A stretch of DNA of 64,000 nucleotides from Naegleria gruberi. Lineage: Eukaryota. Made by a program: the position numbers and the translations under genes. Of the stretch, positions 10,088-20,856 are shown one piece after another. Numbering within the stretch: position 1 is the stretch's first letter; the number at the start of each line of letters is the position of its first letter. The DNA lies in NCBI GenBank assembly GCA_000004985.1, contig GG738906.1; one strand, written 5' to 3'. The notes beneath the pieces are model-generated. The model ran no database searches. It had not been told where the DNA came from and saw only the letters and a list, made by a program, of their open reading frames with translations.

Positions 10088-12094
10088 ATGCAAAAATCTG
10101 TTGGTGTAGGAAGAAAAGTGTTGGTAACTTCCGGTTTAACAAGACTACTCCAACAACCAAAACATGCCAACTATTCAACCAATAGCAAAAGTTGTAATAG
10201 TAGATGGTTTGATCCTAAAGACTCACAACATATAACAACCCCGGTTGCTCTTTATAACACTCTCTCCAAGAGTAAAGTATCATTAAAAATTGCTAAGCGA
10301 TTATCGGATGTGCCAGTTATAAATTGGTATTCTTGTGGACCAACAGTTTATGATGATACACATTTGGGTCATGCTCGTAATTATGTTTGTCTTGACATTA
10401 TTTATAGAATTTTAGCCCATTATTTTAACTATCCTGTATTACATGTTATGGGAATTACAGATGTTGATGATAAAATACTTAAAAGAGCAGCTGAGCTTGG
10501 AAAACAACCTTCGGAAATTTCTCGTAAATATGAATTTGATTTTATTGAGGATATGAAAAAATTGAATGTAATTCAACCTTATGTGTACACAAGAGTAACA
10601 GAACACATTGAAGAAATTAAACAGTTTGTTGAAGAAATGGAAAAAAATGGTTTTACCTATACTACTGCAAATGGTGGTGTTTATTTCGATTCTAAGAAGT
10701 TTGAACAAAATGATCATTACTATGGAAAACTTTCTCCAAATAATGCACAAGAATCAATTCAACAGGAACACATTGAACATAGGGAGGAGAAAAAGGATCC
10801 TAGAGATTTTGCACTTTGGAAATTCACATCTAGGGATTATTTGGGTTGGGAAAGCAAATGGGGATATGGTAGACCAGGATGGCATATTGAGTGTAGTGCC
10901 ATGATTGACCATATTTTTAATAATAAGAGTGGTGCTGCAACTATTGATATTCACTCTGGTGGAATTGATTTGGCTTTTCCACATCATAACAATGAAATAG
11001 CCCAGAGTGAAGCAAAGAATCATGCTCATTTTTGTTGCAGTAGAGAAACAAATTGGTGTAATTATTTTATTCATGTTGGACACTTACACATTAAGGGACT
11101 CAAAATGTCAAAATCTTTAAAAAATTTTATTACTATTAAGGACTTTTTGAAAAGGTATAGCCCAGACCAATTTAGAATATTCTGTTTGCTACATCAATAT
11201 AATCAAACTTTGGATTATAATGAAGATGCCATTGGAGAAGCAATTAAGGTTGAAAAGAGAATACTTGATTTTTTACATAATGTTTCATTTTATAAGCAAG
11301 AATGTGAGGAAAGTAATACTATTATAAGAAAATGGAATACCGAGATTATCAATTATATGGAGAAACTAGCTATTTTAAAGCAAGAAATACACAATGCTAT
11401 TTGTGATGATTTTAATACTCCTACAATAATGTCAAAAATATGTGAAATAATTAACATTACTAATGCCCTTTTTTTCACAAATAACAATATTCAAAAAGAT
11501 TTCAAAGCTGCTGAACTTCTCGAAAACACCTCTTCATACATTATTAATTTATTAAATATGTTGGGATTACAGATATCAACCATCAAAACAATCCCTTCTA
11601 AAATTGAATCAGAAGAACAGGTGGCTAACCATCCATTCACTTCTAGAATCATTGATACGCTAATGGAGTTTAGAGCTACAATAAGAAAAGAGGCTCTGCT
11701 CTCAGATCCAAAACAGACAAAAATCTTACAACTCATTGACGATTTGAGGGATCACAAGTTGAGAGAATTGGGTATAAGGATAGACGACAGAAGTGGAGAG
11801 AAAAGTGTTTGGAGGTTTGATGTCAGTAATCAAGATATTGGCTCAAATGTTGCCGACCATCACACCCTCAAATTAGCTCAGAGACAACAAGAGGTTGAAC
11901 TAAAACTCTCCATTTCAGTTTCTGACTATTTCAAGAAAATACCCCAACACAAAGACAAGCATTATTCTCAATATGACCAAAACGGTATTCCCACACATGA
12001 TGCTGAAGGACAACCACTCTCCAAGTCTGCTCTCAAAAAGTTACATAAGGAAGTAGAAAAACATGCAGAATTTTTAGCCAAACACAAAAATTAA
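10088..12094 (+). CDS. CARS: Cysteinyl-tRNA synthetase (class I)
   Basis: The HIGH motif is present as CGPTVYDDTHLGHARNYV, and the KMSKS motif as KMSKSLKNF. The zinc/Cys-binding region WHIECSAM is also present. An N-terminal extension (MQKSVGVGRKVLVTSGLTRLLQQPKH) may be a targeting sequence. The stop codon overlaps the 3' end of the convergent gene by 4 bp. Confidence 0.9.
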   Translation: MQKSVGVGRKVLVTSGLTRLLQQPKHANYSTNSKSCNSRWFDPKDSQHITTPVALYNTLSKSKVSLKIAKRLSDVPVINWYSCGPTVYDDTHLGHARNYVCLDIIYRILAHYFNYPVLHVMGITDVDDKILKRAAELGKQPSEISRKYEFDFIEDMKKLNVIQPYVYTRVTEHIEEIKQFVEEMEKNGFTYTTANGGVYFDSKKFEQNDHYYGKLSPNNAQESIQQEHIEHREEKKDPRDFALWKFTSRDYLGWESKWGYGRPGWHIECSAMIDHIFNNKSGAATIDIHSGGIDLAFPHHNNEIAQSEAKNHAHFCCSRETNWCNYFIHVGHLHIKGLKMSKSLKNFITIKDFLKRYSPDQFRIFCLLHQYNQTLDYNEDAIGEAIKVEKRILDFLHNVSFYKQECEESNTIIRKWNTEIINYMEKLAILKQEIHNAICDDFNTPTIMSKICEIINITNALFFTNNNIQKDFKAAELLENTSSYIINLLNMLGLQISTIKTIPSKIESEEQVANHPFTSRIIDTLMEFRATIRKEALLSDPKQTKILQLIDDLRDHKLRELGIRIDDRSGEKSVWRFDVSNQDIGSNVADHHTLKLAQRQQEVELKLSISVSDYFKKIPQHKDKHYSQYDQNGIPTHDAEGQPLSKSALKKLHKEVEKHAEFLAKHKN

Positions 12095-14492
12095 TCTCTT
12101 TCTGTAATGCCATTCCTAATAAATTTGCTAACAACGGCAGCAGAAGGATTGAAATTTTCCTGGTCTTGTTTCATATTTACAAGTAAATCACGAAGCTTTG
12201 AGGTAACACTCTTTTGCTCAAGCAATTTTTCCAAATCTTGTTCTAGTTTGATATTGGTTCGTTTAAGCTTGTCGTTTTCTTTTTTAAAATGTTTCAAGTC
12301 CTTTTCAATAACTTTGAATTCCTTTCTCATCAACTCTACTTCTCTGTCTTTGTCTTCAAGAGAAGTGACGAGATAGTTGTATGGTTTTGATGAGGTTTCA
12401 AATTGTTTTTTCATTTTGTTCAATCTTTCAGTGAGCATTGAAATAGTTGATTGGTCTTTCTTCTCTTTCTCTCTTTTTTCTGTTAATTGTTTCTCCAAGT
12501 CAGAAACTTTTCTGGCCAGGTAAAGACTGTACTTTACTCTTCTTCCCATATTTGTTGGTACTAGCGCAGTTAACTCACTAAGTATTCTTTCATGACCATC
12601 TTTTTCTTGATAATCTGGAGAGTATGTTTCAATAACTTTGTCCAAATCTCTTTCAAGGTCTCTGTATTGGTTCAATTCCTTAGTTACAGCACTGAGAGTT
12701 GTTTCCAGCTCTGTTATTTTTTTTCCAGTTGAATTCTGCAAAGAATAATATTCTGTTTTGAGAACATCTAATTTTTTCTTCATAATCTCACTTTCAATCT
12801 TTGATTGCTTCAGATTTTCTGCATGTTCCATAAGAGACACTTGCAATCTTTCATTATCAAAAATTTTAAGGTTTGCTTGTGTCCTAATCTCACTGATTTG
12901 CTTTTCCAGGGTACTTTGGAGGGTTCTAAACTCCATCATAACATTAGTATTAGTTTCCTTTAGGTCTTCCACTTGTCTCTTTAACTTTTCTACTTGAGCT
13001 TCGGCCCCATCTTTTGATTCTTTTAACATTCTATTCTCTCTTTCATAATTTTCTTGTGAGTTTTGCTTGATAATATCCAAATCTTTTTGAGTTTTTTCCT
13101 TTAGCTTTTGAATTTCTTCTTGAAGACTTCTTTCATATTCAGTTTTAGACTCCTCTCTTGTTGATAATAGTTTATCATAAAGTGTCTTTTTTTCTTTTCT
13201 CATTTCTTTCAACTTATTTTCTAATCTCAAAATGTCATCCTCATTCTTACTCGATTTGTTTGAGTTATTTTCAATTTCTTTTGTTAGATACATTTTATCA
13301 TTCTTAAGTAGTTCAACTTGTTGTTTAAGGTTTGTAAGCTCCAAATTAAGTGTTTCTTTTTCCTCTCTTGCAATATCAAGGGATCTCTTTACCAATTCTA
13401 ATTCTGATTGACATTTTCTGGCTTCTTCTTCATAGTTTGAGGCTTTTAGCTTTACTGCATCAAACATTTCACTTTTGGTTTTAATTTCTTCCACCATTAC
13501 AGTTTTTCCATTTAGTTCATCCAATAACTTTTGGCATTTTGTTTCAAGCATATCTATTTGAATCAAATAATCTCTTTTCATATCGTCATTCAATCTTTTT
13601 TGGTGATCAGAATCTCGCACGATTTTCTCGTACTTTTCATTAATTAATCTAAGATTATCATGAAGTATCTCATTCTCTTCTTGATATTTCGAAATACTTT
13701 CTCTTGTTTCTCTCCTGACTTGATCTATAATCTTTGTATTTGCATCTGTAACCTCATTACTTTTTTGATTTAACAAAACCTGATATTGATTTTGGAGTTG
13801 AACAAGTTTTTTTTCATTTCTACAAGGGTTATTAATCAAAGTTGTTCTGCTACTTACTGTTCGAGTTGAGTTTTAAATTTGAGAATTTCCATTTCTAAAA
13901 AATGTTTTTCGTTTTCCTTCTCCTGCTCTAATTGGGCTAATTGCATTTGAGCTTCTCTCCTTATTCTCTCACATTCTAATTTTTTCTTTTGTAATTCTAA
14001 TTTAAGAGATGACACATTGGATTGAACCTCTCTTGTGTGGTAAGAGTTGATGGATGTGATATCAGTACTAATTGATATTTCCTCTTCTGATAAAAGAGGT
14101 GATGACAATAAACTAGTATCTACAGTTTTCGCTCTCTTTTTCTTTGGACTTGGTGTTGAAAGTAAATTTGATGAAATTGGACTACTAATTGTTGAAATTT
14201 CACTCGCTAGTTTATCTAATTCATCATCATCAAAACAAGTATTAAGGTTTGCTTTTTTCATCATTTTTCCTAAAAGTCTCTTCCCTTGATCTTTGGGAGA
14301 GGAAGTACTATCCGAAGAACATCCGGTAATTGGTGATGAAAAATAAGAAGGGACATTAAAGTAATTTGTATCGGTTTTTGAATAGTTATTCTTGATTGGG
14401 GTCCGAAGAATATCTTCTCCAAACAACCCACCTTCAAATTCTGACATTTTTTTTTGTTTGCAAAAAGTACAAAATTTGGCGGGAGAATACAT
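12091..14492 (-). CDS. Long coiled-coil protein (~790 aa) of unknown identity. Two exons joined by a 38-nt intron at 13820..13857.
   Basis: ORFs 13854..14492 and 12091..13839 join in frame (LEQ|NEKKLVQLQ) across GTAAGTAG...CCCTTGTAG. The N-terminal part is S/T-rich, followed by ~600 aa of heptad-rich E/K/L sequence. The true start may be the internal Met (MSEFEGG) near 14447, because an E2F-like site lies in the first 45 nt. Confidence 0.5.
14475..14487. promoter_or_regulatory. E2F-like site TTTGGCGGGAGAA in the 5' region of the coiled-coil gene
   Basis: The motif matches the E2F consensus TTTSGCGC / TTTGGCGGGAA. It lies in the tiny spacer, under 60 bp, between two tandem minus-strand genes. 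Confidence 0.35.
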
Positions 14493-14501
14493 AGTTGAGT
14501 T

Positions 14502-16394
14502 TTATTTGGTATTTAAACTTAACCATACAACTTTGCCTGAATTGGTACCAATAGCAAGATAACCAGTTGATTCCTTTGGCTGTGTTGGATCTTTTAGATC
14601 TGGACAATAAGATATACAGGTAGCATAGTCATTCGAAAGGGTGGTCAAGGTACTTCTTGGTAACAAGTTTGGAGTGGTAACAACCTGTATTTCACCATTC
14701 GTCTTACCATAAAATATATATGATCCATCATGGCTGAAACAAATGCATGTTAAATCTGGAATATCTTTGGAGTGTTGTTTCGAAAACTGAACTACTCCAG
14801 CATTTGGTTTTTTTCCACATGTAATTATTTGAATGGAATTACCACATCTAAGAACTAGCTCTGTCTTCTTGTCAGGATTAATGTGCAGTTCTGGAATTTC
14901 ATTTCCTTGACAAATGTTTGAGTCATACTTCACCACTGTATTTGGTAGAACCTCCCCTTTGGCATTAATATCAACCCTATAAATGCACCCATTTCTTGCA
15001 AGAGCATACTTAAGATTAAGATCACCCTCAGAACAATCTAGTAATCTAATGATTGGACTATCTCCAAGTTTAATCAAAGAAGTGAATTCGTGTTCGTACT
15101 TCATATATGCCAATCTACCATCAAATGTTCCAACAAGAGGCTTGCTTGTATCTTTTTCTACTAAAATTGATGTCATGTTAACATCAACCATTTGTGCATC
15201 CCATAAAAAGTACTTGTCTGTTTCCAATTTAAATAATAAAAATTTGTCATCCTTCACTGCTTCCATAAACACTGTATTGACACCAAATGTGTAGGCTGGA
15301 AGTAAATCATTCTTGGTTTGTAAAAAGTTAGCATATTTTGCATCCAGTAGATAATTTGGAACATCCTGTAATTTTTCATTTGCTGTCTTGAAGGTCTTTG
15401 CAGACAAGTTATTTCCTTGCTTTGATAAGAACATTAACCTAGAATTTGATTTTGGTGGTTTTTGAGGAGGTGCATAAATAATAGTATGCACAGGTGCTTT
15501 GAACACCTCAGCAGTATCCAAAATGGAGATAGAGTATTTGTGCTTTTGTTGATTTAAGGAAGGAGTTGACGGTTCTGGAATATTAGCAACAATATTTCCT
15601 GGATTTTCGGTGGCATATTCATAATAAGATCTCTTCTTTTTAGTAGAAGATCTATCAGTACGAGAATAGTCACTCCAAATACTGGAAGGTTGATTGTCAA
15701 CTACCATTTGATATGTATTGCCTGTTTGTGTGAAAGAGGGAGGCTCTGCGTTGAATACATTACTCATATTTAAGATTAATGAAGTAGGATCTAGTTTCTC
15801 ATATTTTGTTGGAATGTCTTGGTTTTCTGCTCCGTAATGATCTTCAATATTTTCCAAATCTTTTGTGACAACCTCTGCACATTTACTGATTACCATTTCT
15901 CTTGAGATCACATTCGAAAGTTTTTCGAATTTTAACAAATCTCCATACTTGAGTTTAGCTTCCTGATCATAAAGACCCATATTTTCCATGTCAGTAATCA
16001 ACTTCATAGCTCTGGCAGTCTCTCCTTTTAACATTAAACACGGAAAGTATGCATAGAGAATTCTACGCATAACAGTGTTAAATTCAGCATCTCGTATAAA
16101 TTTTTTGCATTGGTTAAGGTAATTAATAGCCTTTTCAAAATCACCACCTTGGATAAATCGGATCAATCTTCTCTTATTGAACAAGTTTAACGCTACTTCC
16201 AGACTAACTGAATTATTATTTTCAATGGTTAAAACAACATACCTTTCAATTACGTTATGAAAGCCTCTTTCGTGGAGATAGTGGAACATGAATGTGTCTA
16301 TTTGATCGATAACTTCAGGGTTCGGATTTTGCACCAATCTCTTTCTGATGTCTTCTCTTATCAGCCTGCGTGATGGACGATTGTCTGTGCTCAT
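14502..16394 (-). CDS. LisH-CTLH domain protein with C-terminal WD40-like repeats (WDR26/SMU1/GID-type scaffold)
   Basis: The ORF is 630 aa. The N-terminus has a LisH-like segment (IDQIDTFMFHYLHERGFHNVIERYV). A CTLH-like segment follows (LEVALNLFNKRRLIRFIQGGDFEKAINYLNQC). The C-terminus has beta-propeller-like repeats (FSHDGSYIFYGKTNGEIQVV, LAIGTNSGKVVWLSL). Confidence 0.5.
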   Translation of the reverse strand: MSTDNRPSRRLIREDIRKRLVQNPNPEVIDQIDTFMFHYLHERGFHNVIERYVVLTIENNNSVSLEVALNLFNKRRLIRFIQGGDFEKAINYLNQCKKFIRDAEFNTVMRRILYAYFPCLMLKGETARAMKLITDMENMGLYDQEAKLKYGDLLKFEKLSNVISREMVISKCAEVVTKDLENIEDHYGAENQDIPTKYEKLDPTSLILNMSNVFNAEPPSFTQTGNTYQMVVDNQPSSIWSDYSRTDRSSTKKKRSYYEYATENPGNIVANIPEPSTPSLNQQKHKYSISILDTAEVFKAPVHTIIYAPPQKPPKSNSRLMFLSKQGNNLSAKTFKTANEKLQDVPNYLLDAKYANFLQTKNDLLPAYTFGVNTVFMEAVKDDKFLLFKLETDKYFLWDAQMVDVNMTSILVEKDTSKPLVGTFDGRLAYMKYEHEFTSLIKLGDSPIIRLLDCSEGDLNLKYALARNGCIYRVDINAKGEVLPNTVVKYDSNICQGNEIPELHINPDKKTELVLRCGNSIQIITCGKKPNAGVVQFSKQHSKDIPDLTCICFSHDGSYIFYGKTNGEIQVVTTPNLLPRSTLTTLSNDYATCISYCPDLKDPTQPKESTGYLAIGTNSGKVVWLSLNTK

Positions 16395-16510
16395 TTTTTT
16401 TGTTTTTAATTTTTAAATTATTTTTGAAAATTTATTTTATTTTAAAACGAACAAATAAATTTGTGAATCAAAAGAGTTTGTTTATTCAACAAATATGATG
16501 TCAGAAAAGA

Positions 16511-17751
16511 CTAAAAATCAAGGGAGGACTTAAAACTCTTGGAAAGTGACTGTACGTGTTCCTTGAAAATCTTTACACTGTCACTAAACTTATTCTTGTC
16601 ATTATTTGAGAGAAGATCATGTAAACGTGCTCCATGAGTATCTGGATAGAAATTATAGTGTTGATGCTTGATAGGAACACAAATATTACCTGTATCTGGG
16701 TGAACACAAAAAGGACTTTTTAACAAGTGATTAAAACCCTTTGATACGTTAACATCCAAACGAGGGTAAACAAATGAATAAACTATTTCCCATAAAAAGT
16801 GTTTGTTTTTCTTGTCACGTAATAACTTGTCTCTGATTTGAGAATAAATATCAGTACCACTCTTTCCAGATTCTAGTATTTCTTGTATCATTGTCTTTAC
16901 CTCGCTGATATATATGAGATTCAATAAATAAGGTATTGATTGTTGCATGATCAATTCATCGTCAAAAATTCCCATATCATTAATAAATATCTCAATGAAA
17001 TATTTTTCACAGGTGGTGAAAACAATAGAATCAATATCAAAGGAAGGATGAGCATTTCCAGTTAGATTGACTCTTCTTGATTGTTTTTCTCCTGCGATAG
17101 AGCTACTTTGATAAATGTGTATAAACCTAGAAATTGAAGATCTGCCTTCGTTATTCATTTTCTTAAGAAGTTCATCACTTGCCCAACAGTGAATACCTCT
17201 TCTACCACTGTAAACCCAAATCAAATGTTTAGTACCAAATACATCAACTAGCAAATGATCCAAAATTTCCATAGCACAATTCATCAATCTCCAACATTGT
17301 TTACAATACTTTCCTCCTGTGCAACCACAAAATCTAACGTCATCATAGTCGGAAATATCAATATCAATACAATATTCTTTTTCTACAGGTATCAAAACAG
17401 TTTGGTTTTGGTTTTTTTTGGCTACTGGCAGATTGTAGACAGGACCAATGTCCAGCTTTACAGGTACATTAGAATACTTTGTAACCTGCTCTTTTAAATC
17501 GGTGGCATTCTTTATGCTTTTATATCTTGAAAATATGGTATCCATTTGATTGGTTTTGGGATTCACAACTTTAAACGAGTAGGACATTTCTCTGTTCACT
17601 ATTTGATTACCATCCGGATGGAGCCATTGTACAAGCAAATCAAAAGGAAAGTGTTTCTCTGTTTGGTCAATATTTAAATATTGTTGATAAATTAATTTCA
17701 TCAAAACCTACCATAATACTGTTTGAGTTGATCGTTGGTAACTGAAGCCAT
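16511..17751 (-). CDS. PRIM1: DNA primase small (catalytic) subunit PRIM1/Pri1. Two exons, complement(join(16511..17658,17712..17751)).
   Basis: Exon 1 (MASVTNDQLKQYYG) matches the PRIM1 N-terminus (LLKLYYRRLFP). A 53-nt intron (GTAGGT...CAG) joins it to the main exon. The main exon contains LKSPFCVHPDTGNICVPI and other primase small-subunit blocks. Confidence 0.85.
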
Positions 17752-17781
17752 TTTTTTTTTAATTTTTTAAATGTGATAAAG

Positions 17782-17806
17782 TTGGCGGGTGATGACTGGC
17801 GGGAGA
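17782..17806. promoter_or_regulatory. Two adjacent E2F-like sites (TTGGCGGG and CTGGCGGGAG) in the divergent PRIM1 / eIF2B-delta promoter
   Basis: The sequence is GTTGGCGGGTGATGACTGGCGGGAGATG, about 30 bp upstream of the PRIM1 ATG. PRIM1 is a classic E2F target in other eukaryotes. Confidence 0.4.
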
Positions 17807-18146
17807 TGAAAGAATGATTTATTAAAGATTTTTAATGTACAACAAATTAGCTTCCGGCAATCTATGTATTGAACTAGAGCCTTGATCACTTGCTGGGTGT
17901 GATGAACATTTCCATCTTACTCTTATATTGTATTTTATTAATGATTACTTCATTAACTGTACTCTAATATTTTCTATATTTTTAAATATTATACTTGTAA
18001 AACATGTTAAAGTGTACAATCAACCTTCTTTAATTATTTAACCAAATAATATCTATGCATTCTAAAATTTACTTCTAATAATATTTCCTTGAATTATAAA
18101 AACAAGATTGACAATAATAAAATATTAAAACGTTTATTAATTAAAA

Positions 18147-19670
18147 ATGCAACAAACACAAAACGCTCCAGAGGAAGGCGACAATTCGGAAGGTAGAACA
18201 ATGACTGCCGACGAAAAGAAAAAACAAAGAGAAGCTAAAAAGATGGAAAAGAAACAAGCAAAGGAACAAAAAGGTGGATTGTCTAAAGAGGAAAGAAAGA
18301 AATTGTTTGAAACAAACGAAAATAATAAGAGACAAGAACGATTAAAAGCCAAAGAAGAAGCAGAAAATATCACCACTCCGACAATGCCATCAAATGTTAC
18401 GAATAATAGTACCAACCCAACAACAAGTCAACAAACAAACGCTTCCGATCAAAGGTTGAGAGAAGAAAACGAGAGATTAAAGAAGGAATTGTTACAAAGA
18501 GACAAACTTTATCTAGATTTGAAGAAGAAATATCAGGAAAATAGAATTTCTTCTCACTTGCCAGAATATCAACCTCCAAAACAAACAGAAATCAACACTG
18601 GAAAACTTCATCCTCAAGTGATTCAACTCGGAATTCAATATGCAAGTGGTCAAATTACTGGATGCAATGCTAGAACTCTTGCTATGTTCACTGTTTTGAA
18701 ACAGCTTGTTAATGATACTGAAATTCCTGAAGATAAGCAATTCAGTAGATGTTTGGATCCGCTTGTTTCTTCTGTAATTGACCACTTAAAACAATGTAGA
18801 CCAATGAGCGTGGGAATGAAAAATGCTTTGAGAAGATTTAAATATTGTTTGCATCAAATTGACAAGGAATCTTACATTCGTACACATCAACAGAGAAAAG
18901 AAGCTCTTTCAGAATATGTTGATAGATATATTGAAGAACGTATTTCAGTTCCTGAAAAAGAAATTGTTAAGAAAGGAGTTAATGGTATTAAGGATGGTGA
19001 TACAATTTTAACATATGCACTAAGTGAGGTTTTAGAAAAAATGATTATAGAGGCTGCTCAAAGCAAGAAAATATCTGTAATTGTTGTTGATAGCAGACCA
19101 AAGAATGAAGGTAAAGAGCTCGTAAAACGTTTGACAAGAGCTGGTGTGAAATGTTCGATTGTTCTCGTTAATGCTGTTACATATGTCATGAAGGATGTTT
19201 CAAAGGTGTTCTTGGGTGCAAATTCAATTTTGTCCAATGGTAATGTTTATTCACGTGTAGGTACAGCTGTTGTTGCCATGACTGCAAAGGCTTTTAATAT
19301 TCCAGTGGTTGTTTGTTGTGAGACATACAAATTTAGTGCTCATTCTCAATTGGATTCCATTACAACTAACGAGTTGGGAGATCCATATGATTTAGTAGAT
19401 TTAAGTACAACACCTCAAAGACACCACACTGTTAATTATTTGTCTAGTAATGAAATTGGACAATTGGAGGTTGAAGGAGTAACCAAGTTTGATGACAAGG
19501 AAACAGTGTATAACATGGAAAATTTTGAATCTATTCCTAACCTTCATATCGTAAATTTAACTTATGACCTTACTCCTTGTCATTATGTAGATATGGTTTT
19601 GTGTGAATTTGGTGCTATTCCACCAACATCTGTTTCAGTCATTTTGAGAGAGTACGTCGATTATCAATAA
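18147..19670 (+). CDS. EIF2B4: Translation initiation factor eIF-2B subunit delta
   Basis: The C-terminal domain belongs to the eIF2B alpha/beta/delta family (IVLVNAVTYVMKDVSKVFLGANSILSNGNVYSRVGTAVVAMTAKAFNIPVVVCCETYKFS). A K/E-rich N-terminal extension is typical of the delta subunit. Confidence 0.8.
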   Translation: MQQTQNAPEEGDNSEGRTMTADEKKKQREAKKMEKKQAKEQKGGLSKEERKKLFETNENNKRQERLKAKEEAENITTPTMPSNVTNNSTNPTTSQQTNASDQRLREENERLKKELLQRDKLYLDLKKKYQENRISSHLPEYQPPKQTEINTGKLHPQVIQLGIQYASGQITGCNARTLAMFTVLKQLVNDTEIPEDKQFSRCLDPLVSSVIDHLKQCRPMSVGMKNALRRFKYCLHQIDKESYIRTHQQRKEALSEYVDRYIEERISVPEKEIVKKGVNGIKDGDTILTYALSEVLEKMIIEAAQSKKISVIVVDSRPKNEGKELVKRLTRAGVKCSIVLVNAVTYVMKDVSKVFLGANSILSNGNVYSRVGTAVVAMTAKAFNIPVVVCCETYKFSAHSQLDSITTNELGDPYDLVDLSTTPQRHHTVNYLSSNEIGQLEVEGVTKFDDKETVYNMENFESIPNLHIVNLTYDLTPCHYVDMVLCEFGAIPPTSVSVILREYVDYQ

Positions 19671-19704
19671 ATTATTATTATTTTTATAAAATTCTCATTC
19701 TAGA

Positions 19705-20805
19705 TTATATTACTTTCTTGTTTGGTGGTACCATTCTGGAATTAACCAAACCTTTGAGAACGAAAATCCTTTTCACCCACCAACCCAAATACCAAATTAG
19801 AGGCAAAAAGGCCACATATTGAATCCAAGCAAACTTTGCTTTTTCAAACCATTCCACCTCATACAAATAGCTCTGAATTGGAATTTTAATATTAATATTA
19901 ATTTCCAAAGAATCTGTCGAAGTGTCTGGTCCTTTCTTGCAAAACGATGATTCTTGAGAAAATACTCCAGCAACTTATCAACTTAATGAATTGACTAGTT
20001 TCCAAAAACTTACTGTCTCTGTCATGTAATGTTTGAATAAAATTTGAAATAGATAATTCATCCATAGAATTAATTTGAGAAAAGTCAATAATAGGATCAG
20101 CATATGTTAAAACTTGATCAGTTCCATGAAAAGCATAATTTTGTCTCAATTTTAATGCTCCATTGATGAGTATTTGAGAACATCTTGTTGTGTCTGTCTT
20201 GATATGAGCTAGACCGGTGACATTTAAATTTTTGTATCTCTTTTGGGATTGTATTTCCAAAGAAAAAGAGAACTTACAGCCAGAAGTATTCCAAATTCCA
20301 TCAAAATGTCAATACTAGAAAAAGAGTCAGAAGACAACCTAGGTATTTGAAATTGGTATTGAAAAGTTTCTACATCGTCTGGATAATAATCTCCATATCT
20401 TATGTGTAATTTAGTAAGATCCACTAAACGATCCGCCAAACTAATGTGAGTTGAAGTAAATACAGGAAATACGAAATTATTGTTAGGTATTAATGAATTA
20501 GCATTTTTGTTGCTAGTCCATAACTTGTAACCTGAGTTAAAACTTGATGGTGAAAGGAAGGTAATCACTCTCTGCGTAAAGGTGACTCTAGGTCTTTCAA
20601 CAATATTGGAGTAATCAATCCACAATTCTGCACAAACTTATTCTGAAATCTGTTCCGAAATAAGTTACTTACTGTTTGTCAATAACGGAACAACATAGGG
20701 CATCACTAAAACAAAAATTGCATACAATATTATTAAAATAATAGAACCCTTCGATCCATAACTAGAGAACTTGGTTGTCACATACTCTTCGTGAATTACT
20801 GGCAT
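19705..20805 (-). CDS. Multi-exon gene for a polytopic membrane protein of unknown function. The exon structure is only partly resolved.
   Basis: The ATG at 20805 (minus) opens MPVIHEEYVTTKFSSYGSKGSIILIILYAIFVLVMPYVVPLLTN. A GTAAGT intron follows, and three further frame-shifted ORFs (20224..20625, 19898..20260, 19705..19908) contain hydrophobic segments (FAWIQYVAFLPLIWYLGWWVKRIF). No confident family assignment could be made. Confidence 0.35.
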
Positions 20806-20823
20806 TTTTTTGTATGTTGTTTG

Positions 20824-20833
20824 AGCGGGAAAG
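20824..20833. promoter_or_regulatory. E2F-like GAGCGGGAAA about 25 bp upstream of the armadillo-repeat gene ATG
   Basis: The motif fits GCGGGAAA. Confidence 0.25.
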
Positions 20834-20856
20834 TCTAAAAATATTCATCGAAAAGA

